From contig JAFDZI010000014.1 in the NCBI GenBank assembly GCA_018266955.1, positions 662-64,661 of the forward strand: a stretch of 64,000 nucleotides of DNA, written 5' to 3'. This document shows positions 45,904-56,147 of the stretch, one piece after another (position 1 is the first letter of the stretch; every line of letters begins with the position of its first letter). Position numbers and translations under genes: made by a program. Source of the DNA: Bacteroidota bacterium (GTDB taxonomy: Bacteria > Bacteroidota > Bacteroidia > Flavobacteriales > Weeksellaceae). The notes beneath the pieces are model-generated. The model saw only the letters and a list, made by a program, of their open reading frames with translations, searched no databases and was not told the origin of the DNA.

Positions 45904-46265
45904 ATTTCATTTTCATAGGATAAAGATATGAATTATTTTCATAATGACAAAAATATTTGAATTTATTTATAAAATATTTTTAAATATTACTATTTTAACA
46001 TATTTGATTAAAATGAATTATTGCTTGGTTTTTGGCTATTGTTTTGATTTTCTTAAAGTTATAAAATTGAGTATTTACATTATTTTAGTTTTTTTTCTTT
46101 AGGTTTTTTTTGGTTCTTTTAATTAATGAATTATATCAAAAATGAAAATAGTGACTAATATGAGTGCTGATGATTTCGTAATTTTTATAGAAATAAATAG
46201 GAGTGTTTTGTTATTTTGTTTAGGAAATACGGTATTTTTGCAGAATAATATTAAATGAGTAGAAA

Positions 46266-47531
46266 ATGAACAGAGATAAAATTAAAAGAATACATTATTT
46301 AAAATTGATTTTAATCTCTATCGTTATTGCTTTTTGTTCCTCAGCTTTGGCTTATTCTTTAAAGTTTCTTACAGAGAAATGCGAAGAGTATATTTATCAT
46401 ACAGCTTTTACTAATGCCTCTTGGATGTTGGTTTTATTACCTACCATAGGGATTACCAGTATTTATTTTTTAAGAAAATATGTTTTTAAAAACAGAAAAA
46501 ATAAAGGAATTGCTGAGATTTATAAAACGGTAAATTTAAGAAAGGATCATTTGCCATTTTTTAAAATTCCTTCTCATTACATCAATGGTTTTTTAACAGT
46601 AATATTTGGTGGTTCTACGGGGATAGAGGTTTCAACGGTGGTTGCTACAGCTACAGTGGGAAATGTTTTTTATAAAAATAATTTTTCTTCGAATGTTTAT
46701 AAATTAGAGTTTATTTGTGCTGGGGTTTGCGCTGGAATTTCCATTCTTTTTGGGAGTCCTTTGGTGGGCTGGTTATTTGCTTTGGAAGTAATTGCAAAAA
46801 AAGTAAATAAAAGCCTTATCATCAGTTGTACTTCGGCTGGGCTTGTGTCTTATTTGCTTCTGTATTTTTTTCCGTTGCCACCCATTATTTCTTTACCCAT
46901 TGGAGATTGGAATTGGTATGCCTTGCCTCTGATGTTGTTGCTTAGCTTGTTTTCGGGTTTGCTTTCTGCTTATTTCACACTTTTGGTTGTGCATATCAAG
47001 GATTTTTTCAACACAATTGCAAATAATTTTGTGCGCGTAAATTCTGGCGCTTTACTTGTTGGGATCATGTTGTTTGCTTTTCCTTTTTTGTATGGCGATA
47101 GTTATCATTCATTAAACGAATTGTTCCGCAATCCTGGTCATTTCTCCATTTTATTGCTTTTGGTATTGGCAATAATCAAGCCTTTGGTATCATCTTTAAC
47201 CTTGGGTGCGGGTGGCGATGGAGGAGTTTTTGCGCCCAGCATTGTGGCGGGAGCATATTTAGGTGCTGCTTTTGCAATGATATGCAACGAGTATTTTCAT
47301 ACAGATTTAATCGTCCTTAACTTTGCATTAATTGGAGCTGCTGCTATGTTGTCCACTTCTATTTTTGCACCAATTACTACGGTGTTTTTGATTTGTACTA
47401 TGGTACCCAATGGCTTCAACCTTGTTTTTCCAATATTTTTGTCCAGTATTGTGGCTAAGGTTTTCACTCAGAAATTTGTGTTGCCTTATAATGTGTACAC
47501 TTACTTTACGGAGAAGTCAAGAGCTTCTTAA
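46266..47531 (+). CDS. ClC-family chloride channel/antiporter protein (no CBS domains)
   Basis: Multi-TM. GGSTGIEVS (divergent GxEG selectivity/gating segment) and GGVFAPS (GxFxP) motifs. Confidence 0.75.
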   Translation: MNRDKIKRIHYLKLILISIVIAFCSSALAYSLKFLTEKCEEYIYHTAFTNASWMLVLLPTIGITSIYFLRKYVFKNRKNKGIAEIYKTVNLRKDHLPFFKIPSHYINGFLTVIFGGSTGIEVSTVVATATVGNVFYKNNFSSNVYKLEFICAGVCAGISILFGSPLVGWLFALEVIAKKVNKSLIISCTSAGLVSYLLLYFFPLPPIISLPIGDWNWYALPLMLLLSLFSGLLSAYFTLLVVHIKDFFNTIANNFVRVNSGALLVGIMLFAFPFLYGDSYHSLNELFRNPGHFSILLLLVLAIIKPLVSSLTLGAGGDGGVFAPSIVAGAYLGAAFAMICNEYFHTDLIVLNFALIGAAAMLSTSIFAPITTVFLICTMVPNGFNLVFPIFLSSIVAKVFTQKFVLPYNVYTYFTEKSRAS

Positions 47532-47590
47532 AATAAAAATTCCACCTCTTTTTTCGAAGTGGAATTTAGCTGAACTATTCGTTTGGATTA

Positions 47591-48190
47591 CTATTTTTTA
47601 TTAGCATCCCATTCTATTTTTTTAGCTTCTTTCAGTTTTTCAATCATTTTATTGGTTATTTCTGGCTTGGCCACCTTTATAGGAACAACTACTTTGGCGT
47701 TTTCCCATTCTACAGTCATGTCCATTTGCTCGTCTTTGGTAGGATTAAGTTCAATGGTGAACCACTCAATAGGTTGATTTAATTTTTGTACAGGAACCTC
47801 TATTTCAGTAACATTAAGTTGTGCGTTGTATCCGAATGAACCCCATTGTTGGGAATCTTTGTTCAGTATGAGTTTCCATTGCTGCGCTTGTGGGATGATG
47901 AATAATGCATAAGTTCCAGCGGGAACATTTTTTCCTCCGAAATTTACTTCTTGTCCGAAGGTTATTTTGGTAGATGAGTTGGCGCCAGTTCTCCAAACTT
48001 CATTATAGGGAACCAGTTTGCCAAAGATTTCTCTTCCTTTTACACCAGGTCTTCCATAATCTACGGTGATTTTAGAAATAGAAAACTGATGTTCAATTTT
48101 ATGTCTTGGGCTTACTGCTGGTACAGAATAGTCTTGTGCAAATACCAAAGCTGATAAACAGAAACTTAGGCTTAGGATTATTTTTTTCAT
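47591..48190 (-). CDS. secreted DUF2911-like protein
   Basis: Signal peptide MKKIILSLSFCLSALVFAQ. YGRPGVKGREIFG...VPYNEVWRTGAN is the pattern I recall for DUF2911. Start 48190 is preferred over 48241. Confidence 0.6.
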   Translation of the reverse strand: MKKIILSLSFCLSALVFAQDYSVPAVSPRHKIEHQFSISKITVDYGRPGVKGREIFGKLVPYNEVWRTGANSSTKITFGQEVNFGGKNVPAGTYALFIIPQAQQWKLILNKDSQQWGSFGYNAQLNVTEIEVPVQKLNQPIEWFTIELNPTKDEQMDMTVEWENAKVVVPIKVAKPEITNKMIEKLKEAKKIEWDANKK

Positions 48191-48378
48191 AGGTAGATTT
48201 ATATTAATTTTTAAAGGTGATAAGCAAACGACGATTTTCATTGGTATTCGTATGCAAGGTCGATTGGTTCTTGCTGAATTTGTGATGAAGCTATTGTCTT
48301 TTATTATGTAACAAATGTATTAAGTTTTGTTGAATATGTACTTGGTTTATTTCTATTTTGTATTATGTAAATTAAAAA

Positions 48379-50502
48379 TTAAGCTTTAAATAATTTACTG
48401 ACAATTTCACCAATTTTTACATAATCATCATGATTGCTTACAAATTTATTGTCCATAAAAGAGGAATTATCATTGTATGGATAAATTAATAGATAGTTTT
48501 TGTCCATTAGGTACTGGTTCATCAATCGTGGGATATCATTGATCCCTGAAATAAATGAAGCGGCTTTGGTTTGCTCCATAAAGGCGATAAAACCTTGGTC
48601 TTTGTTAATTTCAGTAATAATTTCTTGGATGTTTCCCCAATCGTTCATTACCGTAAACTGACATTCGATATTTGATTTTTTTAGAATCTTTTCAAGAATT
48701 TCAATGGTTTTTTCGTTGGTAATGAAATTCATGGTGCAACCAGAATTTTTAGCAATGTTCCATACGCGTACTAAGGCGTGGTAAAAACCGCTGCTGTGCT
48801 GTGCTTGTGGCGGTATGAGTACGGAATATTTCTTGATGGTTGCCATGGGTTGTGCAGCATGATATACAAAAACATTGGTGTTGTTTTCATCTATTTTACT
48901 GTTGTACAAATTGTAAATGAAAGTTGGAGAAAAGCCTTTTTTGCTTTCTAAACCGAAAAGTACATCGCTTACTTTTAATTCTTTTATGACATGGTTAACG
49001 CCTTTAAGTACTTCGGAATCATATCTCTTTATAGTTTGTACTTTTGTGTCTGTAGAGGCGGCTAAAGTAACTGCCGTATGTAGAAGTTTCTCAGAGCTTT
49101 TGTCTGAATTTTCGTTGTTGTTTTCGCTGATGATGTTCAAGGCAAAAACCTGGTCTGTATTGTGTTTGCTTTTTAGAGATAAGGCTAAATTAACCAAGGG
49201 TTCTACGGTTTCATCCTTATTTAAAGTAAGTAATATTGCCTCTTCGAGTTGGTTGTCGTCTGCTAGACTTTCCTCGCTGTCCTCCAATGCTAGTTTTTGA
49301 CCTGTCGCTTGCGTGGAAAATGAAGAGAGGGTACATGATATAAGAATGAGAACAATACTTCCGTTCAGTACACTTTCATTTAGCAAACGAATGGGTTCGC
49401 CCATTTCGTTTTCACCGATGATGATGTTGTAACCCACCATTACTACGGCCAAAGTAGCAGCAGCATGGGAAACACTTAAACCAAAAATTAAATTTTTCTC
49501 GAGTTTGGTGAATTTGAATGTCTTCTGGGTAAAAACGGCGGCTAAATATTTTGCTAAAACCGCTACGGTCGTCATTAGTACAACTACTTTTATGGTTTCA
49601 AAATCTTTTAAGAATACCTTAAAATCAATCAACATTCCTACGGAAATCAAGAAAAATGGTATGAAAATGGCGTTCCCTACAAATTCTATTCGATTCATAA
49701 GAGCAGAAGTGTGTGGTATGAGTTTATTAAGGGCCAATCCTGCGAAAAATGCCCCAATAATGGCTTCTAATCCTGCTATTTCGGACAATAATGCAGCCAA
49801 ATAAATCATCACCAATACAAAGATATATTGGGAAATTTTATCATGTACTTTTTTGAAAAACCATCGTGCAATAATGGGAAATCCCCATAAAACGATAATG
49901 CTAAAGAGAGAAAAAGATACGAAAAGTTTAATCCAAAATGCAGAATTAACTTCACCTTGTGTGATGCCCACCACAATGGCTAGGATAAGCAATGCAAGTA
50001 CATCAGTAATCATGGTTCCACCCACAACAATATTTACAGCACGGTTTTTTACCAGACCCAATTTGCCAATTATTGGGTAAGAAATAAGCGTGTGTGTAGA
50101 AAAAATACTGGCAAATATAAAAGATGATAACATGCTGAAGCCAAGTATAAAATGAGCGAGTAAAACACCTAATAAGAGCGGAATACTAAAAGTATAGAGA
50201 CCAAAGCCTATGCTTTTCCATTTGTTTTTCTTGAAATCTCCCATGTCTATTTCCAATCCTGCCAAAAACATAATATACAACAGGCCAGTGGTGCCACTTA
50301 CCACAATGGAGGAATCCCGAGCCAAAACATTGAAACCGTTAGGACCAATAATAGCACCGGCTATGATAAGACCTAACAAATGGGGGACTTTTATCTTGTT
50401 GAGAATCAGAGGTGCTCCCAAGATAATAATCAACACCAATAAAAATTTTAGTACCGGATCTTCTATGGGAAGGCTAAGGTTTTGTATGCTGAGTAAGATC
50501 AT
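48379..50502 (-). CDS. cation:proton antiporter (CPA2-like) with ~300-aa cytoplasmic C-terminal domain
   Basis: ~13 TM helices with Na_H-exchanger-like sequence (LGLIIAGAIIGP, FLAGLE). Soluble C-terminal half. Confidence 0.8.
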   Translation of the reverse strand: MILLSIQNLSLPIEDPVLKFLLVLIIILGAPLILNKIKVPHLLGLIIAGAIIGPNGFNVLARDSSIVVSGTTGLLYIMFLAGLEIDMGDFKKNKWKSIGFGLYTFSIPLLLGVLLAHFILGFSMLSSFIFASIFSTHTLISYPIIGKLGLVKNRAVNIVVGGTMITDVLALLILAIVVGITQGEVNSAFWIKLFVSFSLFSIIVLWGFPIIARWFFKKVHDKISQYIFVLVMIYLAALLSEIAGLEAIIGAFFAGLALNKLIPHTSALMNRIEFVGNAIFIPFFLISVGMLIDFKVFLKDFETIKVVVLMTTVAVLAKYLAAVFTQKTFKFTKLEKNLIFGLSVSHAAATLAVVMVGYNIIIGENEMGEPIRLLNESVLNGSIVLILISCTLSSFSTQATGQKLALEDSEESLADDNQLEEAILLTLNKDETVEPLVNLALSLKSKHNTDQVFALNIISENNNENSDKSSEKLLHTAVTLAASTDTKVQTIKRYDSEVLKGVNHVIKELKVSDVLFGLESKKGFSPTFIYNLYNSKIDENNTNVFVYHAAQPMATIKKYSVLIPPQAQHSSGFYHALVRVWNIAKNSGCTMNFITNEKTIEILEKILKKSNIECQFTVMNDWGNIQEIITEINKDQGFIAFMEQTKAASFISGINDIPRLMNQYLMDKNYLLIYPYNDNSSFMDNKFVSNHDDYVKIGEIVSKLFKA

Positions 50503-50509
50503 AGAGTAG

Positions 50510-51073
50510 TTATTTGGAAGGTCGGTTAAATTCTACATTAAATTTAGCGTTGCACTTTTCGTCTAAAGTAACCACCGCAGTCCCTTTCATTTTATTGGCA
50601 CTTAGTTCGTTGAGGGTAACATTAATTTGCATTTTTCGTTTCGCTGTAGAATCGGTTTTGTAATCCAACAGTATTTCATCATTTTTGTATTCGGCATTGA
50701 AGAGTTTTATGCTTTTGTTGTGGGTAGAAATAGCATAAAGCTTTAGAGAGTCGCTACCAAATTCCCAATTTTCTATTCTATTATCCCCAATAATGTATTC
50801 ACTGCAACCCGATTCCGAACAAATGGACTTTCCGGACCAAATACCTTCAATATCTTTGGGCCATACTTGGATTGCTACACTATCTTTTTTTGCAAAAATA
50901 GAATCTTTCATTTTCAACAAGGCTTTGTAGTCTGCCTCTTTTTTGGAAAAAAGTTCTTCTTTTTCTTGTAATTCCTTTTCGCGAAGTTTAAGGAGTTCTT
51001 CTTTTTCTTTTGAATTACAAGCAATTATGGTTGTTGCGCCTATTAGGAGGAGCATTGTGGATTTTATTTTCAT
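50510..51073 (-). CDS. hypothetical lipoprotein
   Basis: Lipobox TIIAC after start MKIKST (51073), followed by a coiled-coil EKE-rich stretch. Confidence 0.5.
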   Translation of the reverse strand: MKIKSTMLLLIGATTIIACNSKEKEELLKLREKELQEKEELFSKKEADYKALLKMKDSIFAKKDSVAIQVWPKDIEGIWSGKSICSESGCSEYIIGDNRIENWEFGSDSLKLYAISTHNKSIKLFNAEYKNDEILLDYKTDSTAKRKMQINVTLNELSANKMKGTAVVTLDEKCNAKFNVEFNRPSK

Positions 51074-51388
51074 ATATAGATTTTTATTGTTTTTATTGGT
51101 CTTATGAATGGCGATTTTATTTTGTGTTTTTTTAATTGATATTGTAATGATCATTCATTAGATGTAGGAAATAATTGATGATGACTTCAAAAATAGGTTT
51201 TTTTTATTAAATAAGAAATTAGTATTGATTTCCATCGGGTGTAGGCGGCTCATGCTTTGGTATGGTTTTATTCATTTAAGTATCAGTATATCAGTGTTAT
51301 ATATATTAAAGTTAATGATGGAGCTTAGCAGGAGAATTCCTCTTTTTCTTTGACTCAATAATTATTGTGAATTTTAATACTAAAATGC

Positions 51389-51418
51389 TTGTATATCAAT
51401 TAATAATACTTAAATTTG
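51389..51418 (+). promoter_or_regulatory. candidate Bacteroidota sigma-A promoter of rpsA (-33 TTG / -7 TAAATTTG)
   Basis: TTG at 51389-51391, a 19-nt spacer, then TAAATTTG at 51411-51418 (consensus TTG-N19-TAnnTTTG). Confidence 0.45.
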
Positions 51419-51536
51419 CACCGCTTTTTGTGGGTAAGAATTGAAAAGCAAAAACAATATAAATAACAACTTCCGTATTTTTTAGTCCACAGGAAATCAA
51501 TTCATTAAGAAAGAAGGAATACAAATTTTAAAAATT

Positions 51537-53318
51537 ATGTCTGAATTTAAAGACGAGGTTCTAGTGAACCAAAATGTAGCACCTGAACAATTTGACTGGG
51601 ATTCTTTTGAGTCTGGTCTAGATGCTGAAGCAAGAAAAGAAAAATCTGATTTAGAAGAAATCTACAACGGATCTCTTAATAACTTAGATGACAATGATGT
51701 CCTTGTAGGTAAAGTGGTAAGACTTACAGATAAAGAGGCTATCGTGGATATCAACTTCAAATCTGAAGGTGTAATTTCTCTTAACGAATTCCGTTACAAA
51801 CCAGATTTAAAAGTAGGGGATGATGTAGAAGTAATGGTGGATAGAAGAGAAGACAAGTCCGGACAATTACAACTTTCTCACAAAAAAGCAAGAACACTTA
51901 AAGCTTGGGATAAAGTAAACGAACTTCACGAAACTGGAGAAGTAGTTAATGGTTTCGTTAAGTCTAGAACTAAAGGTGGTATGATCGTAGATGTACACGG
52001 TATCGAAGCGTTCTTGCCAGGATCTCAAATCGATGTGAAGCCAATCAAAGATTACGATCAATTCGTTGGTAAAACAATGGAATTCAAAGTGGTTAAAATC
52101 AACCCTGAGTTCAAAAATGTTGTGGTATCTCACAAAGCACTTATCGAAGCAGATATCGAAGATCAGAAAAAAGAAATCATCGCTCAATTGGAAAAAGGTC
52201 AAGTATTGGAAGGTACCGTTAAGAACATCACTTCTTACGGTGTATTCATCGACCTTGGTGGCGTAGATGGATTAATCCACATTACAGATCTTTCTTGGTC
52301 TAGAGTAAATCACCCATCCGAAATCCTTGAAGATGGACAAACAGTGAAAGTGGTTATCCTAGATTTCGATGATGAGAAAACTAGAATCCAATTGGGTATG
52401 AAGCAATTAGAAGCTCACCCTTGGGATGCACTTTCTGCTGACTTAAATGTTGGTGATAAAGTAAAAGGAAAAGTGGTTGTTCTTGCAGACTACGGTGCAT
52501 TTGTAGAAGTTGCTCCAGGTGTTGAAGGTCTTATCCATGTTTCTGAAATGTCTTGGTCCACTCACTTGAGATCTGCAGGAGATTTCGTAAAAGTTGGTGA
52601 TGAAATCGAAGCGGTAGTTCTTACTTTAGATAGAGAAGAAAGAAAAATCTCTTTAGGAATGAAACAACTTACTGAAGATCCTTGGAAAAACATCGCTGAA
52701 AAATATCCTTTAGGATCTAAGCATGTAGGTACTGTAAGAAACTTTACTAACTTCGGTGTATTCGTAGAATTAGAAGAAGGTATTGATGGTCTTATCTATA
52801 TCTCTGATCTTTCTTGGACTAAGAAAATCAAACATCCATCTGAATTCTGCGCCGTAGGTGATAAATTAGATGTTGTTGTACTTGAATTGGATACTGAAGC
52901 TAGAAGAATCTCTTTAGGACACAAGCAATTGCAAGAAAACCCTTGGGATAAATTCGAAACTAAATATGCAGAAGGTACTGTACACAACGGTACGGCTGTA
53001 GAAGTTTTTGATAAAGGTGCTTCTGTACAATTCGAAGATGTTGAAGTTGAAGCTTTCTGCCCTTCTAGATTATTAGAAAAAGAAGATGGTTCTAAAATCA
53101 AAAAAGGTGAAACTGCTGATTTCAAAGTAATCGAATTTAACAAAGAATTCAAAAGAGTAGTTGTTTCGCATACAGGACTTTTCCGTGACGAAGAAAGAAA
53201 GAATGTTAAAGAAGCTAGCGCTTCTAAGCCAGCTGCAACTTCTGGAGAGGAAAAAACTACCTTAGGAGACATCGATGTATTAGCTGAATTGAAAAAGAAA
53301 ATGGAAGGAGGAAACTAA
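51537..53318 (+). CDS. rpsA: 30S ribosomal protein S1
   Basis: Six S1 (OB-fold) repeats with recurring GxV...YGxFV.L..GV.GL.H.S. pattern. 593 aa. Confidence 0.96.
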   Translation: MSEFKDEVLVNQNVAPEQFDWDSFESGLDAEARKEKSDLEEIYNGSLNNLDDNDVLVGKVVRLTDKEAIVDINFKSEGVISLNEFRYKPDLKVGDDVEVMVDRREDKSGQLQLSHKKARTLKAWDKVNELHETGEVVNGFVKSRTKGGMIVDVHGIEAFLPGSQIDVKPIKDYDQFVGKTMEFKVVKINPEFKNVVVSHKALIEADIEDQKKEIIAQLEKGQVLEGTVKNITSYGVFIDLGGVDGLIHITDLSWSRVNHPSEILEDGQTVKVVILDFDDEKTRIQLGMKQLEAHPWDALSADLNVGDKVKGKVVVLADYGAFVEVAPGVEGLIHVSEMSWSTHLRSAGDFVKVGDEIEAVVLTLDREERKISLGMKQLTEDPWKNIAEKYPLGSKHVGTVRNFTNFGVFVELEEGIDGLIYISDLSWTKKIKHPSEFCAVGDKLDVVVLELDTEARRISLGHKQLQENPWDKFETKYAEGTVHNGTAVEVFDKGASVQFEDVEVEAFCPSRLLEKEDGSKIKKGETADFKVIEFNKEFKRVVVSHTGLFRDEERKNVKEASASKPAATSGEEKTTLGDIDVLAELKKKMEGGN

Positions 53319-53342
53319 TTCCCAATTCTATTTCTAAATACC

Positions 53343-53370
53343 AAACCACCGTTTCTAACGGTGGTTTTTT
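53343..53370 (+). terminator. Rho-independent terminator after rpsA
   Basis: AAACCACCGT / ACGGTGGTTT stem, then a T-run. Confidence 0.8.
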
Positions 53371-53378
53371 AGTTTTTA

Positions 53379-53405
53379 TTTGAGCTTGTGTGAATTTTGA
53401 ACAAA
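53379..53405. repeat. 27-nt direct repeat, copy A (TTTGAGCTTGTGTGAATTTTGAACAAA)
   Basis: 25/27 identical to 55739-55765. Confidence 0.85.
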
Positions 53406-53428
53406 ATTTAAAACAGTCTCTTAGATTC

Positions 53429-53911
53429 TTATTTTAATCGCATGGAATACAAATCAAACCCTTTGGCCCAATAATCCTTTTGTATTTCTATTAGTTCAAA
53501 CCCCATTTTCTCGTAAAATGGATAAGCAAGTTGGGATGTCCTTACACGAATAGTTAAAACCGAAGGAAAAGATTGTATCCTTTTTAGCCTATGTTTTAAT
53601 AAAATCTTTCCCAAACCCTTACCATGATAGTTGGGATCTACCATATCCCAACTGATGTGAGCACTTGTTTTCTCATGGTTGTAGTTAATGCCTCCACATG
53701 CAACTACTTTGTCATTGATTAAAAGGATATAATAATCTTCAACTTTGTTATCCAAATATTCGGAAAAATCAGCTTCTTCTTCTAAAGCAAAATACTTAGG
53801 ACTATTCATTCTTAGTAGGTCGATTACTTTTTCTTTGTATTCAGTATGGTAAGGAATTATAGTAGTCTTTATGCTTTCTATTTTTTTCATGATGATATTT
53901 TTAAACTTCAA
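53429..53911 (-). CDS. GNAT family N-acetyltransferase
   Basis: VDPNYHGKGLGKILL acetyl-CoA motif. Alternative start at 53890. Confidence 0.78.
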   Translation of the reverse strand: MKFKNIIMKKIESIKTTIIPYHTEYKEKVIDLLRMNSPKYFALEEEADFSEYLDNKVEDYYILLINDKVVACGGINYNHEKTSAHISWDMVDPNYHGKGLGKILLKHRLKRIQSFPSVLTIRVRTSQLAYPFYEKMGFELIEIQKDYWAKGFDLYSMRLK

Positions 53912-54103
53912 TTCAAATTATATTTACTGGTTTAGATGAGCCTATATTTATATTAATCACAAAAATAGTGTTTCAAATTTTGTTTTTGTTACAAATAATG
54001 TAAATATAACACAATAAGTAAAATTTTAATTGAAAAAAAATAATAAAATAGAGGTCTGCTTATATTTTTTTTATATTTTCGTGAATTGTAAATAATAAAA
54101 TAT

Positions 54104-55648
54104 ATGTCGAACATTTGGATTAAAAAACCCATGGAAGCTTATGAAGCAGACATCAAGAAAAGTCAGCTGAAAAGGGTGTTGGGTAAATGGAGTTTAACCG
54201 CTATAGGTATTGGAGCCATTATTGGAGGTGGTATTTTTGTATTGACTGGGACGGGAGCCTATTATAATGCAGGACCCGCATTGGCATTATCGTTTGTCAT
54301 TGCTGGTATTGCCTGTGTTTTTGCAGCTTTGTGCTATGCCGAATTTGCCTCAATATTACCTGTGGAGGGTTCTGCTTATGCCTATGCATACGGAACAGTT
54401 GGCGAAATATTTGCCTGGATTATCGGTTGGGGATTAATCTTGGAATATGCCATGGGATCTATGACAGTGGCAGTTTCTTGGTCCGGTTATTTTGGTAAGC
54501 TACTCAAGATGTTCGGTATTCATTTGCCCGATTGGCTAACGACAGATCCACAAACTTTTGCAGCAGCAGGAAATAGTGGTTTTGCCATGAATTTGCCCGC
54601 TTTTGTTATCGTTTTATTCGTTATCGGTATATTATTAAGAGGAACCAAAGGTGCTGCAAAAGCCAATAACTTTATCGTGATGTTGAAAGTCTCCGCAATT
54701 ATTTTTGTGATTATTGCAGGTTTATTTTTCATTAATACACAAAACTGGACTCCCTTTATTCCAGAAGCGACAACCATAGTAGAAAATGGAGTGTCGCATT
54801 CTGCATACGGAATTGGAGGTGTAATTGCAGGTGCTTCGGCCATATTTTTTGCCTATGTCGGTTTTGATGCCGTATCTACCCAAGCGGGAGAAGCGATTAA
54901 TCCTAAAAAAGATGTTCCTTTTGCCATTATTGCTTCCTTGCTTATCTGTACTTTACTTTATATATTGGTGTCCTTGGTTCTCACAGGAATGATGCATTAT
55001 TCAGATTTTAATCCATTAGGAAAATATCCTGATGCCATAAAAGCACCCGTAGCTTATGCCTTTGATATTGCTGGACAAGCTTGGGCGGGCTATATTATTA
55101 CCATTGCGGCCACAGTAGGTTTGATTTCTGTATTAATGGTAATGATTATGGGACAATCTAGAATTTTCTTAGGTATGTCCAAAGACGGACTTATTCCTGC
55201 AACCTTTTCTAAAGTAAATCCACTTACAGGAGTACCTAGTAAAAATTTAATCATTGTAGGAATAGTAATTGCAACAGTAGCATCCTTAACACCCATCAAT
55301 GATTTGGCACACATGACCAGCTTTGGGACTTTGTTTGCTTTTACCATGGTTTGTGTTGCGGTTTGGATTTTAAGAGTAAAGCAACCTCATTTGCAAAGAA
55401 ATTTTAAAGTACCTGCTCTGCCAGTTATAGCTATTGCTGGTATTTCTATTAATATTTATTTAATTTTTAACTTAAGCTCAGAAGCCAAAATGTATTCGGC
55501 TATTTGGATGGTTTTGGGAATCATTATTTATTTCTTGTACAGTAAACGAAATTCGAATCTACAGAAAAATGGTGGCTTTGGTGAAACCTTTAAGGCAGAA
55601 CAACAACCTTTAGAAGAAGTAGAAATTGACTTGGATAATAAAGATTAA
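54104..55648 (+). CDS. APC-superfamily amino acid permease (cationic amino acid transporter-like)
   Basis: 12-14 TM helices. GIGAIIGGGIFVLTG and FFAYVGFDAVST motifs. Confidence 0.88.
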   Translation: MSNIWIKKPMEAYEADIKKSQLKRVLGKWSLTAIGIGAIIGGGIFVLTGTGAYYNAGPALALSFVIAGIACVFAALCYAEFASILPVEGSAYAYAYGTVGEIFAWIIGWGLILEYAMGSMTVAVSWSGYFGKLLKMFGIHLPDWLTTDPQTFAAAGNSGFAMNLPAFVIVLFVIGILLRGTKGAAKANNFIVMLKVSAIIFVIIAGLFFINTQNWTPFIPEATTIVENGVSHSAYGIGGVIAGASAIFFAYVGFDAVSTQAGEAINPKKDVPFAIIASLLICTLLYILVSLVLTGMMHYSDFNPLGKYPDAIKAPVAYAFDIAGQAWAGYIITIAATVGLISVLMVMIMGQSRIFLGMSKDGLIPATFSKVNPLTGVPSKNLIIVGIVIATVASLTPINDLAHMTSFGTLFAFTMVCVAVWILRVKQPHLQRNFKVPALPVIAIAGISINIYLIFNLSSEAKMYSAIWMVLGIIIYFLYSKRNSNLQKNGGFGETFKAEQQPLEEVEIDLDNKD

Positions 55649-55680
55649 ATTCAAATTTTATCATTAATCGAACACTATAG

Positions 55681-55712
55681 AAATCCGACTTTTTCATAAG
55701 GCGGATTTTCTA
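55681..55712 (+). terminator. Rho-independent terminator after the permease
   Basis: AAATCCG / CGGATTT stem followed by a T-rich tract. Confidence 0.6.
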
Positions 55713-55738
55713 TTTTTGCATTAAAGTAAATTGTAATT

Positions 55739-55765
55739 TTTGAGCTTGTTTAAATTTTGAACAAA
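55739..55765. repeat. 27-nt direct repeat, copy B (TTTGAGCTTGTTTAAATTTTGAACAAA)
   Basis: 25/27 identical to 53379-53405. Confidence 0.85.
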
Positions 55766-56147
55766 GAATAGCAATAAAATAGATATTAAAAAATCGGTAA
55801 AATATTTAACAGGCTCTTCATGTATGTTGATAATTATTTCAATGTTGTTCGATAAATATTTCAATTGATTTAATGAATCTAATATTCATAGGCTCATTCA
55901 ATCTGTCGTACCTATGGGGCATAATTTTAGTGGATCTATTTTTTCAACGAACATAAAACCCTGATTGGTTCAATATAACTCTGTAGGGGCGACCTATGGA
56001 TGACATCAAAGTTTTTTAGAGTTATATTGATTCTATAATTTTTTTTGTTTTTAAATGTGAAAATAATTGGAAAAATCTAAAGAAATGTAATTAGGAATAA
56101 GTTAAGTATTATCGTACTTTTATTTTAATTTAATAAAACAACACTAT

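Noticed and set aside
46141-46265. Fluoride riboswitch upstream of the ClC gene (GCTGATGAT at 46166-46174 resembles the 3' half of the crcB motif)
   Set aside because: The 5' GGCGATG / pseudoknot half and the CCTAC-type end are absent, and the region is almost devoid of G/C pairing potential. The ClC motifs also look more canonical than the fluoride clade.
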